64,000 bases of DNA. Origin: the human T2T-CHM13v2.0 reference genome, Homo sapiens. The DNA is taken from assembly GCA_009914755.4 (NCBI GenBank), contig CP086569.2, forward strand, positions 20,544,001 to 20,608,000, written 5' to 3'. Positions 41,713 through 54,489 of the stretch are shown one piece after another; the stretch's first letter is position 1, and each line of letters begins with the position of its first letter. The translations under genes were made by a program, and so were the position numbers. Below the pieces are notes generated by a model. It was not told where the DNA came from and searched no databases. It saw only the letters and a list, made by a program, of their open reading frames with translations.

Positions 41713-44700
41713 ACAAAGGTCACTGGCCCAGGAACATTTTTTCAGAACCACTCCACACCATCTACCAGTATCAAAGTCTTACCTGTGAGTGCCAGTAGTT
41801 GGAAAAATAAAAGCACTCCTGATAAAAACAACTTAGTAAGAAGCATGGCTGTGCCTATACTAGGCCAGGACAAAAAGTCATTTGCCTTGGGTTGGCAGTC
41901 GCCCTCGAAACCAAAGAACAGCAGTGATGCCTCTGCATGCAGGCATTTTCTTTCCTCTTCCTTGGTGGTTCTGATAAACATGGTACAATTATTTCTTGGG
42001 ATGTAATTATTTCTTTACTTTGCTATTGCTCTTTCTACATAAAGTTCACAACTAATGAATAAGCATTATCCTTTGTTGAGAGTAGTGGCAATGATCATGC
42101 GAAATGGAACTTTGGCAGAGTTTCTGCAGTAAGCAGTGCATACTGAAGGGAACAATGGGGTGCCGGTACAAATTCCAGGGCTCTTCCCTTAGTGTAAAAA
42201 AAACTGTCATTCCTTTCTGAAAAGTAGCTGAGAACTTGTATAGAGCACTACTCTGCCTTAAGTTGGGGCAGGAAGTTCCTGTTTTTGACCTTCGTGGCTG
42301 GCTGTCAACTCCCAGTGTCCAGTATGTATGACAAAGAGACCTAAAACTAGGGAGCCCACACTTATGGAGTCTCAGTTATGCCCACCCTTGGTTGGCCCTG
42401 GGTACTGGGAAGTAGCGGTTGTGCAAGTTTGAAGGGCTCGAGTGCTGCCAACTGACTGCTACAGTGGGCTTCAGATAACCACTTGTTGGAAACCTTGGTG
42501 GGTACTAGCACAAGTCAGCAAGTATTTGGAGGCATCTCTGCTTCAGCAGATAGCTATTGTGATGCTAGCTGAAGGCAAAATATGCAGTGTTACCAGATGA
42601 TTTCCCATCTAAGTCATGGCTGGATAGATGAGACTCTGCTCTTGATTTGATTAGGTATACATGGGCAATACCTACTGAAATATTAGTTATTCTGACTGAG
42701 AGCCTCAAGACCCTGACCTGCTATGTCCCACTGCTATTGCCCCGGCAGTCCTGCAGTACAGAGCATCTCCACTAGCTGCCTATCACCTGGTACAGTCTGC
42801 CTGGCACTTCTATTAGGCCACTTCTAATGAGAGCAGTGTGCTGCCACAAGGCTGGCCACTCCATGCTTAGATAGATGCACTGTTCCTTATACCTTGCTAG
42901 TGTACACCCTGACTAAAGCAATGAAGTGGAATAGCATGAGGACTCAGTCCTAGCAGTGCCTTTCTGCCCACTCAGGGGAAACACTCCAGCATTTAGGTTA
43001 CAGCTGTCTCCCATTATAATTTTTTGAAGCCTCTGGAAGCTTGGCTTCAGTGATCCCAGATTACGTATGCAGCTCAGCGCTCCCCTGGCTGTGGCTTTAC
43101 TTTCTGCCCAGCTCCAATCTGCTGCACTCACCAGGAGACACTAGAGGGGCTAAGGAATACTGGTTCATCCTTTCACCCTTCCTCAGAAGCACCCCGAGTA
43201 CCACAAACTGAGACCAAGACCCTTCCTCGGTGCCTCTCTCTCTTTGGGAGATAGACTCTGCTGAAGAGGGCAGATCTCAAAGAAGGGTTGTCCTGCTTGG
43301 GGCTTGGCCAGCACATGAAAGTTCTGACCTGGGGCTGAAAGTAACCTGAGTGGACCTGGGGAGTGGAAACAGATTATTCAGCAAAGACCTCTGGAGGCCT
43401 TTGGACCTATTTATGTCAATAAGTATCATAAATATGAGTGTCTTCTGAGATAGTTCTTGTTTCTTTTTGTTTTCTTTTGTGTTTTCTGCCTCTGTGAGGA
43501 TACTACATACTTGCTGAAAGTGCTTTGACCTTCTCTGAGAGACCTAGAGATTAGTTTGCCACCAGGGACAGGCTCTATTTAGTGACCTGGAGTCTTGAGT
43601 GTTTACACACTTTGTAGGATTGGGTACAGAAACAAAGAGAAGATTGTTAACCAGGTGATTCCCTATGGTGGGTAGAGAATGTCATTTACTGAAAAAGCAG
43701 TCAATATCAGGTAGAAACAAAGGTCACACTGGGGGACATTGGGGCCAGCAGTGTCTCATTTGGTCCTTTAGCAAGGGTGCATATTGCCAAGATGTGGTAC
43801 GCAGGAGAGCTGCATGCGAAGAAGTTCTTATCAGCAAACAAAGGAGACCTTGTCGGCTGACTAGGATCTTCCTCCAGACAATGATGGAAAAAAGAAAAGA
43901 AAAACATGTCAGGAAGATATTTTGGAAGTGCCACATTATGCAGAGAAGGGTTCTACAGCTGGAAGCCACATGGCGAAATTCCAAACACCTAGGACGTCAA
44001 GGTGGTGGGATTCTGCTTATCTTCTGAGGCCAGAAGATACAACAGAACCAATATATTCAGGGTGTTAAGGCCATAGACATCCACAGTCCCATTCCATATG
44101 CAAGTGCCTATGATATGTGACCCTGCAATCCCCAGAACAGTGGACCTGAGCTAGGGAATTCTTATCCAGAAGACTTCACTCCAGACTGGCCTAAAAAAAC
44201 AGGTCAGAACACAGCACCAAACAGCTGGCATGTCACCTGCATGGCACTTTCACTGTGTATCCATGGAGAAGTTGGCTGGAAGGTATCCCAGACAGAGTCC
44301 TATATCTGAAACCAAAAGCATTTGACATCAGAGACTCCAGGCTGTTTCCTATACAGGCATTGATTAAATGCATTTTTGCTTGACTTCCAAAATCCCACAA
44401 TTTAAAAAATGCTCAGAGTTTGGGGCCCACGGTCCTTGAAGCTTTCTGGAACCCTGGAGAGATCCCAGGTCAGCACTTGCCCATCACTCTTCTAGGTATC
44501 ATATTGATTTTCTCGCAGCTGCCAGTGCCCTAGAGGGTCTCTATGCGGTTCTGTTGCCCTTCTTCAGAACTCCACAGAACTCCTACCTCATCAAACACTG
44601 CCCTACAGCACTTCTCATGGAAAGTTCTGATGGAAAAGAAAAACTCAACATATGGTTATGCTTGGGCTGGGCCTTGTTAAGGATGGTAATTCTGCTTCTA

Positions 44701-47120
44701 CCTGTGCTTAAGCAGGGAAGACACTGACTTCCTGGTGGGGACTGTTAAGCAAGGGAAAAGGATGGAGGGGCAGAAGCCTGAAGCAAAACATGGTTGACTG
44801 GGGTAGCTTCTTTATGGACATGGCCAAAGCACTGCTCCTTCTGACTTGATCCAAATGCTCTCCCATCACTACCCCTACCTTCTTCCTTGTTCTCCTCCCT
44901 CTTGGGCCAAGGCCAGTCCCAGAAGTGCCATGCAAATTCCAGGAATAAGACTGCTCTAGCAGACTGTGATCACTACTATGTCTAATCCAGAGACTCACTA
45001 AGTCAGCTGAGGATTGGTTTCTGAGATCCTAAGGCAGATGCCACACTCATGTATTTGTGGCAGGGGGTTCCAAACACCAGCGGCCAACACCATAGCCCAG
45101 TTAAGCTCCTGGATGTTGTTTCTCTCTGACCCCAACTTGATCCACCCACCCAGAAAGGAGAGTCCTCCTACAGTCTTTGTTCTGCTAACCCCTCCCTGTT
45201 TTTCTTGCTCAATTTTCCCAGTGATAACATCAAGGGATATGACTTTGCGGTGGGCATCCCCGGTGGAAGAAGACAGAGCTACTGAGGGAGAAACTGGTGA
45301 AGAGGGCAGCTCTCATATCACAATGGTCAGCTTTGGTCTCGTTGCTCCTTTCCTTTGTATCTTCTCTCTACCTCTTCTCTCAGAAGAGGGATCATCATCC
45401 TGAAGGGGAGGAGGGCAAGGGAACTCCCATGGAAAGGAGTATCCAAGAAGAGAATTATATCTAGGTGATGCCACTTAGCAACATATTATCAACAGCCAGC
45501 AGATGCTGGGTAAAGCTTGTGGGGTATCAAAAGCAGAAGTATAATGCTTAAGACCTGTTGTTTACACATTAAAAAAAAACGTGTAAATATCTGAATTTGG
45601 CAATGTATCTGTGACGGGTAAAAAAGAATCATTTTGGGGGATTAAGGATCTGGAAGCTGGTCAGAGAAAAAGATATTTTGGGAGGCAGTAACAGTCTCTA
45701 TTATGCAGGGTAGCATGAAAGGAGACATTCATAGTAGGAAACTGTACACAGGATTAAGGTGCAGAGATTACTATTCAGATGCGGAAAAGTAGAAGGTGAT
45801 TTCTGGGGGATAGGAGGTTCAAACAGGAAGAATGTATACATGAGTTGCTCAACAGGCCTACCAGGAATTCAGTTCCAAAAGCTCTGTGTTAAGTGCTGGT
45901 TTGGGGTCTTATAAGCAAAAGTTATATTTTATCTACAGCAGATGCTGAGCAAAGTTTTTCAGTTGCACACTAGGAAAATATAATGACTAGATTTTGTTTA
46001 TTTGTGCTATCTTAAATATATAACTTGTATTAAAATTGGACTCTTGTGCTAGTGGGGTTTGAACAACCAGCTCACAATTTGCATTAAAAAATTAATGACA
46101 ACTTAGGGCCAGTACACAAAGACTATTTTAACTCATTTACATATCAATTATTTATAAGTAAGATTTTAGCAATAACAGCAGAACCACAGGATGCTGTTCA
46201 GGACTGGGAGGAAAAAACAAAGGCAACACTAGATAGGGCTGGCACTCAGAAAAACAAAAACAAACAAACAAAAACCAAAAAAAAACAGTAGTTATGGCTT
46301 GGATGGGGATAAGATGCAATTTTACCATATGTATTTAATTCAGAGGTAGCAAAAGCATATGCTTAACAGATGTGGAAAGCTTTAGACAAGAGGTAAAATT
46401 ATTTGTGGGGGGAACCACTGAAAGGCAAGGAAAACTTGCATTTACCTTGCAGATAATTATCACCACCAAAGAAAACTGCGAGAGAAACAATGCCCACAGT
46501 TTCTAAAGGAAAAAGGAAACAAATTTCCAAATGAAATACAAACTTTGTTAGGTCTTCTTAAGAAATCTGCTGTCATGACAAAGACGGTTTGCGATATTTA
46601 GTTATATTCTTTGACTGATCTCTTAGACAAGGAGTCACAAAATGTTGGCCTGCTGCCACTTCTCCCACCAGCTATTTTTAATGCCTAAGAAATAAAGAAT
46701 ATTTTCTAGTTTAAAATGGTTGGGGGGAAAAAAAAGCAAAAAAATTCATTTCCAACACATAATCATTTATTTTCATTACATTCAAATTACATGGTCATAA
46801 ATAAAATTATATTGGAATCATATTGGATTATATATCTCCAATTATATATGGAGAGTTGAGTAGTCCCCACAGTTATAACTCAAAAGTCTTTCAAAGGTCA
46901 TATGTATTCAAAGTCCTATGTATCACATAGGGCTTCATTTAATCTCTTCCTTCTAAATACTGTACAGCAATCACACACTCACACATACACAAACACACAC
47001 ACTGGATGAAAAATGTCAAATGTGCTGCAGAGGGAGTTATTTTGTTATTAGATGGCAAATCTATATGTTTATTGTGTAATTCCATGACATAATAGTATTT
47101 ATATTATTTATATTCTTTTT

Positions 47121-47125
47121 TTTCT

Positions 47126-47156
<31 letters not shown>

Positions 47157-47229
47157 GACGGAGTCTCACTCTGTCATCAGTCTGAAGGGCAGCGGCAGCA
47201 ATCTGGGCTTATTGCAACTTCTGCCTCCC
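47121..47229 (-). mobile_element. Alu right arm with a T35 tail (part 1 of an Alu that is split twice)
   Basis: t(35)agacggagtctcactctgtcatcagtctgaagggcagcggcagcaatctgggcttattgcaacttctgcctccc is the reverse complement of the Alu 3' half. Confidence 0.75.
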
Positions 47230-47434
47230 TTATTGGTGTATAAGAATGCTTGTGATTTTTGCACATTGATTTTGTATCCTGAGGCTTTGGAAGTTGCTTA
47301 TCAGCTTAGGGAGATTTTGGGCTGAGATGATGGGGTCTTCTAAATATACAATCATGTCATCTGCAAACAAAGACAATTTGACTTTTTTTCTATGTGAATA
47401 TGCTTTATTTCTTTGTCTTGTCGGATTGCCCTGA
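47230..47434 (-). mobile_element. 205-bp internal LINE-1 ORF2 (RT-region) fragment embedded inside the Alu
   Basis: ttattggtgtataagaatgcttgtgatttttgcacattgattttgtatcctgaggctttgg..gttgcttatcagcttagggagattttgggctgagatgatggggtcttctaaatatacaatcatgtcatctgcaaacaaagacaatttgac... is the reverse complement of L1 ORF2 around FADDMIVY. No poly-A; flanked on both sides by Alu sequence. Confidence 0.75.
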
Positions 47435-47503
47435 TTTCAAGCAATTCTCCTGCCTCAGCCTCCCAAGCATCTGGGATGACAAGCACCCAAGGAAAATTTT
47501 TTT
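47435..47503 (-). mobile_element. Alu middle segment (part 2 of the split Alu)
   Basis: tttcaagcaattctcctgcctcagcctcccaagcatctgggatgacaagcacc... is the reverse complement of Alu ggttcaagcgattctcctgcctcagcctcccgagtagctgggattacaggcgcc. Confidence 0.7.
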
Positions 47504-50500
47504 ATTTTTAATTTTTATACTAAGTTCTGGGGTACATGTGCAGAATGTGCAGTTTTGTTACATAGGTATACACGTGCCATGGTCATCTGCTGCACCCATC
47601 AATTTGTCATCTACATTAGGTTTTTCTCCTAATGCTCTCCCTCCCCCAGCCCACCATGTCCTGACAGGCCTGGTGTGTGATGTTCCCCTCCCTGTGTCCA
47701 TGTATTCTCATTGTTCAAATCCCAGTTATGCCTGAGAACATTAAGTGTTTGGTTATCTGTTCTTGTGTTAGTTTGCTGAGAATGATGGTTTCCAGCTTCA
47801 TCCATGTCCCTGCAAAGGACATGAACTCATCCTTTTTTATGGATGCATAGTATTCCATGGTGTAAATCAACTATCATTGATGGGCATTTGGGTTGATTCC
47901 CCATCTTTGCTATTGTGAACAGTGCCACAATAAACAAACATGTGCATGTTTCTTTTTATAGTAGAATGATTTATAATACTTTGGATATATACCCAGTAAT
48001 GGGATTGCTGGGTCAAATGTTATTTCTGGTTCTGGATCCTTAGGGAATCACCATAGTCTTCCACAATGGTTGAACTAATTTACACTCCCACCAACAGTGT
48101 AAAAGTGTCCTTATTTCTCCATATCCTCTCCAGCTCCTGTTGTTTCCTGGCTTTTCAATGACTGTGATTCTAACTGACATGAGATGGTATCTCATTGTGG
48201 TATTGATTTGAATTTCTCTACTGACCAGTGATGAGCTTTTTTTCATGTTTGTTGGCTGCATAAATGTTTTCTTTTGATAAGTGTCTGTTTATATCCTTCA
48301 CCAACTCGATAGAGTTTTTCTGTTTTGTAAATGTGGGTAAGTTCTTTGTAGATTCTGGATATTAGACCTTTGTCAGATGGATAGATTGCAAAAATTTTCT
48401 CCCATTGTGTAGTGTGCCTTTTCACTCTGATGATAGTTTATTTTGCTATGCAGAAGATCTTCAGTTTAATTAGATCCCATCTGTCAATTTTGGCTTTTGT
48501 TGCCATTGCTTTTGGTGTTCTAATCATGAAGTCTTTGCCCATGCCAATGTCCTGAATGGTACTGCTTAGGTTTTCTTCTAGGATTTTTATGGTTTCAGGT
48601 CTTATGTAAGTCTTTAATCCATCTTGAATTAATTTTTTATAAGGTGTAAGAAAGGGGTCCAGTTTCACTTTTCTGCATATAGCTAACCAGTTTTCCCAAC
48701 GACATTTATTAAATAGGAAATTCGTTCCCCATTGCTTGTTTTTGTCAAGTTTTTCAAATATCAGATGGCTGTAGATGTGTGGCATTATTTCTGAGGCCTC
48801 TGTTCTGTTACATTGTTCTATGTATGTTTTGGTACCAGTACCATGCTGTTTTTGATACTGTAACCTTGTAGTGTAGTTTGAGGTCAGGTAGTGTCATGAC
48901 TCCAGCTTTGTTTTTTTTGCTTAGGATTGTTTTGGCCATATGGGCTCTTTTTTTGGTTCCATATGAATTTTAAAGTAGCTTTTTCTAATTATGTGAAAAA
49001 AAAGTTAATGGTAGCTTGATGGAATAGCATTGAATCTATAAATTACTTTGGAAAGTATGGCCATTTTCATGATATTGATTCTTCCAATCCATGAGCAGGG
49101 GATGTTTTTCCATTTATTTGTGTCCTCCCTTATTTCATTGAGCAGTGGTGTGTAGTCCTCCTTGAATAGGTCATTCACATCACTTGAAAGTTGTATTCCT
49201 AGGTATTTTATTCTCTTTGTAGCAACTGTAAATGGGAGTTCACTCATGATTTGGCTATTATTGGTGTATACGAATGCTTGTGATTTTTGCACATTGATTT
49301 TGTATCCTGACACTTTGATAAAGTTGCTTATCAGCTTAAGGAGATTTTGGGCTGAGATGATGGGGTTTTCTAAATATACAATCATGTCATCTGCAAGCAG
49401 AGACAATTTGACTTCCTCTCTTACAATTTTAATATCCTTTATTTCTTTCTCTTGCCTGACTGCACTGGCCAGAACTTCCAATACTATGTTGTCTTATGCT
49501 TTGTCTTATGCCAGTTTTCAAAGGGAATGCTTCCAGTTATTGTCCATTCTGTATAATATTGGCTGTAAGTTTGTCATAAAATAGCCCTTATTATTTTGAG
49601 ATACTTTCCATCAATACTTAGTTTATTGAGAGTTTTTAGCATGAAGGGGCATTGAATTTTATTGGACAGTTCTGCATCTATGGAGATAAACATGTGGCTT
49701 TTGTCATTGATTCTGTTTATGTGATGGATTACATTTATTGATTTCTGTATGTTTGAACTAGCTTTGCATCCAGATATGAAGCTGACTCGATCATGTTGGG
49801 TAGCTTTTTGATGTCCTGTTGGATTCAGTTTGCCAGTATTTTATTGAGAATTTTTGCATCGATGTTCATCAGGGATACTGGCTTAAACTTTTCTTTTTGT
49901 GTCTCTGCCAAGTTTTTGTATCATGATGATGCTGGCCTCATAAAATGAGTTAGAGGGGAGTCCCTCTTTTTCTATTGTTTGGAATAATTTCAGAAGGACT
50001 GGTACCAGCTCCTCTTGTACCTCTGGTAGAATTCAACTGTTAATTTATCTTGTCCTGGACTTTTTTTGGTTGGGAGGCTATTAATTACTGCCTCAATTTC
50101 AGAACTCATTACTGGACTATTCAGGGATTCAACTTCTTCCTGGTTCAGACTCAGGGTGTATGTGTCCCAGAATTTGTCAATTTCTTCTAGATTTTTTAGT
50201 TTATTGGCATAGAGGTATTTATAGTATTCTCTCATGGTAGTTTGTATTTCTGTGGGATCAGTGATGATATCCCCTATATCATTTTTTATTGCATCTATTT
50301 GATTCTTTTCTCTTTTCTTCTTTATTAGTCTGGCCACAGGTCTATCTATTTTGTTGATCTTTTCAAAAAACAAGCTCTTGGATTCCCAGAGATACTGGTA
50401 TATTGTGTCCTTGTTGTCATTAGTTTCAAAGAACATGTTTATTTCTGCCTTCATTTTGTTACTTACACAGTAATCATTTAGGAGCAGGTTGTTCAGTTTC

Positions 50501-53412
50501 CAGGTAGTTGTGCAGTTTTGAATGAGTTTCTTAATCCTGAGTTCTAATTTGATTGCACTGTGGTCTGAGAGACTGTTTGTTATGAATTCAGTTCTTTTGC
50601 ATTTGCTGAGGAGTGCTTTACTTCCAATTACGTGGCCAATTTTAGAGTAAGTACGATGTGGTGCTGAGAAGAATGTACATTGTTGATACGGGGTGGGGAG
50701 TTCTGTAGACGTCTATTAGGTCCACTTGGTCCAGAGCTGAGTTCAAGACCTGAATAATCTTGTTAATTTTCTGTCTTGCTGATGTGTCTAATATTGACAG
50801 TGGGGTGTTAAAATCTTGCACTATTATTGTGTGGGAATCATTTTTGTAGGTCTCTAAGAACTTGCTTTATGAATCTGGGTGCTCCTGTATTGGGTGCATA
50901 TATATTTAAGATAGTTATTCTTGTTGCATTGATCCCTTTACCATTATGGAATGTCTTTGTCTCTTTTAATCTTTGTTGGTTTAATGTCTGTTTTGTCAGA
51001 CTAGGATTTTTTTGGCTTTCCATTTCTTGATAAATATTCTTCCATCTCTTTATTTTGAGCCTATGTGTGTCTCTGCGTGCTTTATTCTCCTGAATAAAGC
51101 ACAACGATGCATCTTGACTCCTTATCCAATTTGCCAGTTGGTGTCTATTAATTGGGACATTCAGCGGTTTACATTTAAGGTTTATACTGTTATGTGTGAA
51201 TTTGATTCTGTCATTATGATGCTAGATGGCTATTTTGACCATTAGTTGACACAGTTTCTTCATAGTGTTGATGGGCTTTACAATTTGGTCTGTTTTTGCA
51301 CTGGCTGGTACCAGTTGTTCCTTTCCATGTTTAGTGTTTCCTTCTGGAGATCTTGTAGGGCAGGCCTGGTAGTGACAAAATCTCGCATTTACTTGTCTGT
51401 AAGGGATTTTATGTCTCCTTTGCTTACGAAGATTAGTTTGGTGGGATATGACACTCTGGGTTGAAAATTATTTTCTTTACGAACGTTGAATATTGGCCCC
51501 CACTCTTTTCTGGCTTGTAGGGTTTCTGCAGAGAGATCCACTGTTAGTTTGAAGTGTTTCCCTTTGCGGAGTATCTTTGTGGTGTTCTCTATATTTTCTG
51601 AATTTGAATGTTGGCCTGTCTTGCTAGTCTGGGGAAGTTCTCCTAGATAATATATTGAAGAGTGTTTTCCAACTTTGTTCCATTTTTCCTGTCACTTACA
51701 GGTACACCAATCAAACGTAGTTTGGGTCTTTTCAGATAGTCCCATATTTCTTGGAGGCTTTGTTCATTCCTTTTTTCTTTTTTCTCTAGTATTTTCTTCA
51801 CACTATTTCATTAAGTTGATCTTAAATCTCTGATATCCTTTCTTCCACTTGATCTATTCGGCTATTTATACTTCTGTATGCTTCGTGAACTTCTCCTACT
51901 GTGTTTTTCAGCTTCATCAGGTCATTTATGTTCTTCTCTAAACTGGATATTCTAGTTAGCAATTCCTCTTTTTTCAAGGTTCTTAGCTTCCTTGCACTGG
52001 GTTAGAACATGCTCCTTTAGCTTGGAGGAGTTTGTTCTCACCCACCTTCTGAAGCCTTCTTCTGTCAATTCATCAGACTTGTACTCTATCCAGTTTTGTC
52101 CCCTTGCTGGTGAGGAGTTGTGATCCTTTGGAGGACAAGAGGTGTTCCAGTTTTTGGAATTTTCAGACTTTTTTTCCTGGTTTCTCCTCATCTTCATGGA
52201 TTTATCTACCTTTGGCCTTTGATGTTGGTGGCCTTTGAATGGGGCTTCTGAGTGAATGTCCTTTTTGTTGATGTTGATGCTATTCCTGTTTCTTAGTTTT
52301 CATTCCAACAATCAGGCCACTCTGCTGCAGGTCTGCTGGAGTTTGTTAGAGGTCTACTGCATACCCTGTTTGCATGGCTATCACTAGCAGAGGCTGCAGA
52401 ACAGCATAGATTGCTGCCTGTTCCTTCCTCTGGAAGCTTCCTCCCAGAGGGGCACCCACCAGATGCCAGCCAGAGCTCTCCTGCATGAGGGGTCTGTCGA
52501 CCTCTGCTGGGAGGTGTCTCCCAGTCAGGAAACATGGGATTCATGGACCCACTTGAGAAGGCAGTCTTACCCTTGGCAGAGCTCAAATGCTGTGCTGAGA
52601 GATCTGTTGCTTTCTTCAGATCTTCTGCTGAAGCTGTGCCCACAGTTGCCCCTTCCCCCGGGTGCTTGTCTCATGAGATGGGAGTTTTATCTCTAAGACC
52701 CTGACTGGCACTGCTGCCTTTTTTTTTTTCAGAGATGCCCTGCCCAGAGAGGAATGTATAGAGGCAGTCTGGCTATAGTGGCTTTGCTGAGTTGTAGAGG
52801 GCTCTGCTTAGTTGAAACTTACCCATGGCTTTGTTTACACTGTGAGGGGAAAACCACCTACTCAAGCCTTAGTAATGGCGGATACCCCTCCCGCTCCAAG
52901 CTTAAGCATCCCAGGTCCACTTCATACTGCTGTGCTAGCAAGAAGAATTTGAAGCCAGTAAAGCATAGCTTTTTAGGCTCAGTGGGGATGCGATCCACTG
53001 AGCTAGACCACTTGGCTCCCTGTCTTCAGCTGCCTTTCTAGGAGAGTGAAAGGTTCTGACTTGCTGGCATTCCAGGAGCCACTGGGGTATGACAAAAAAC
53101 TCCTGCAGCTAGCTCAGTGCCTACCCAAATTGCCGCCCAGTTTTGTGCTGGAATCCCAGGGGCACAGTGTTCAAGGCACAATCCCTCATGTTTTCCCTTG
53201 GTTAGCGGAGGGAGATCCCTGACCCATTTTGCTTCCTGGGTGAAGTGATGCCCCACCCTGCTTTGGCTTGCCCTCCATGGGCTACACCCACTGCCTAACC
53301 AGTGCCAGTGAGATGAGCTGGATACTTCAGTTGGAAATGCAGAAATCACTCACCTTCTAGGTTGATCTTGTGGGGAGCTGCAGACCAAAGCTGTTCCTAT
53401 TCGGCCATCTTG
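47504..53412 (-). mobile_element. Near-full-length LINE-1 (older L1PA subfamily, ~5.9 kb) with its 5'UTR to within ~10-15 nt of the element start; ORF1/ORF2 disrupted
   Basis: The 3' end is the reverse complement of ctgcacatgtaccccagaacttagtataaaaattaaaaat. ORF2 pieces in order on the minus strand (48040-50454), ORF1 N-terminus (51952-52197 ...DELTEEGFRRWVRTNSSKLKEHVLTQCKEAKNLEKR), then 5'UTR. The 5' end is the reverse complement of caagatggccgaataggaacagc (YY1 box). Several frameshifts and a ~30-bp deletion near 47860. Confidence 0.9.
52200..53412 (-). promoter_or_regulatory. L1 5'UTR (internal RNA pol II promoter region with YY1 motif at the element start)
   Basis: Sequence is collinear with L1PA 5'UTRs. 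caagatggccgaatagg (YY1 site) is at the minus-strand start (53396-53412). Activity not inferable from sequence. Confidence 0.4.
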
Positions 53413-53551
53413 TCAGCCTCAGTCTAATTTTATATTTTTAGTAGAGACGGGGTTTCACCCTGTTGGCCAGGTTGGTCTCAAACTCCTGACCATCTGATCC
53501 AACCACCTTGGCCTCCCAAAGTCCTGGGATTACAAGTGTGAGTCATGGTGA
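53413..53551 (-). mobile_element. Alu left arm (part 3 of the Alu split by the L1 insertion)
   Basis: tcagcctcagtctaattttatatttttagtagagacggggtttcaccctgttggccaggttggtctcaaactcctgacc...ggcctccc. Confidence 0.75.
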
Positions 53552-54000
53552 TAGAGGGTGACAGTAGTCAGATAAAAGGTCACCCACTCATATCCCATCA
53601 CAACAAAATGAATTCTGCTCTCATTTACAGTCTCTTGTCTCTCTGTGGGAATCATGGGATTCCAGTACGAGGCTGTAAAATGCTGGTAGTGTCCAAGATA
53701 GGCCTGGCAAAGTCAGTTTCTTTGGACCCAGTATCAGCTAGAAGAACTATGTCAAACCAACTCAACTGTGATCTCAGAGGCAAAATTATCAGCTCATAGA
53801 CCTAACAAAAGAAGACTTTAACCAAAATCACTGTGTGAGATTCAGTGTTGTTTTGCTCCTCCAAATGCACAAACAACAACACAAGCTATACAGGTACAAA
53901 TGGTACCAACAAAGCAAATCAGTAACTGACATAATCAATAACTGACATAAAATAATGGAGATCTATGAAATTCCTGAGAAAGAATTCAAAACGAGTCTTA

Positions 54001-54386
<386 letters not shown>

Positions 54387-54489
54387 GTATTAAGGAAAGA
54401 ATGCGTGAGTACAATTTAAAAATTAAGAAACAGATTTTTTTTAAAAAAAAAAACCAGGACCCCTACAGCTACATAAATGCAAAGAAATA

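Noticed and set aside
43665-44027. 120-aa plus-strand ORF with several Cys and His residues as a retroviral nucleocapsid zinc knuckle
   Set aside because: The spacing does not fit CX2CX4HX4C, and no flanking gag or pol similarity was found.
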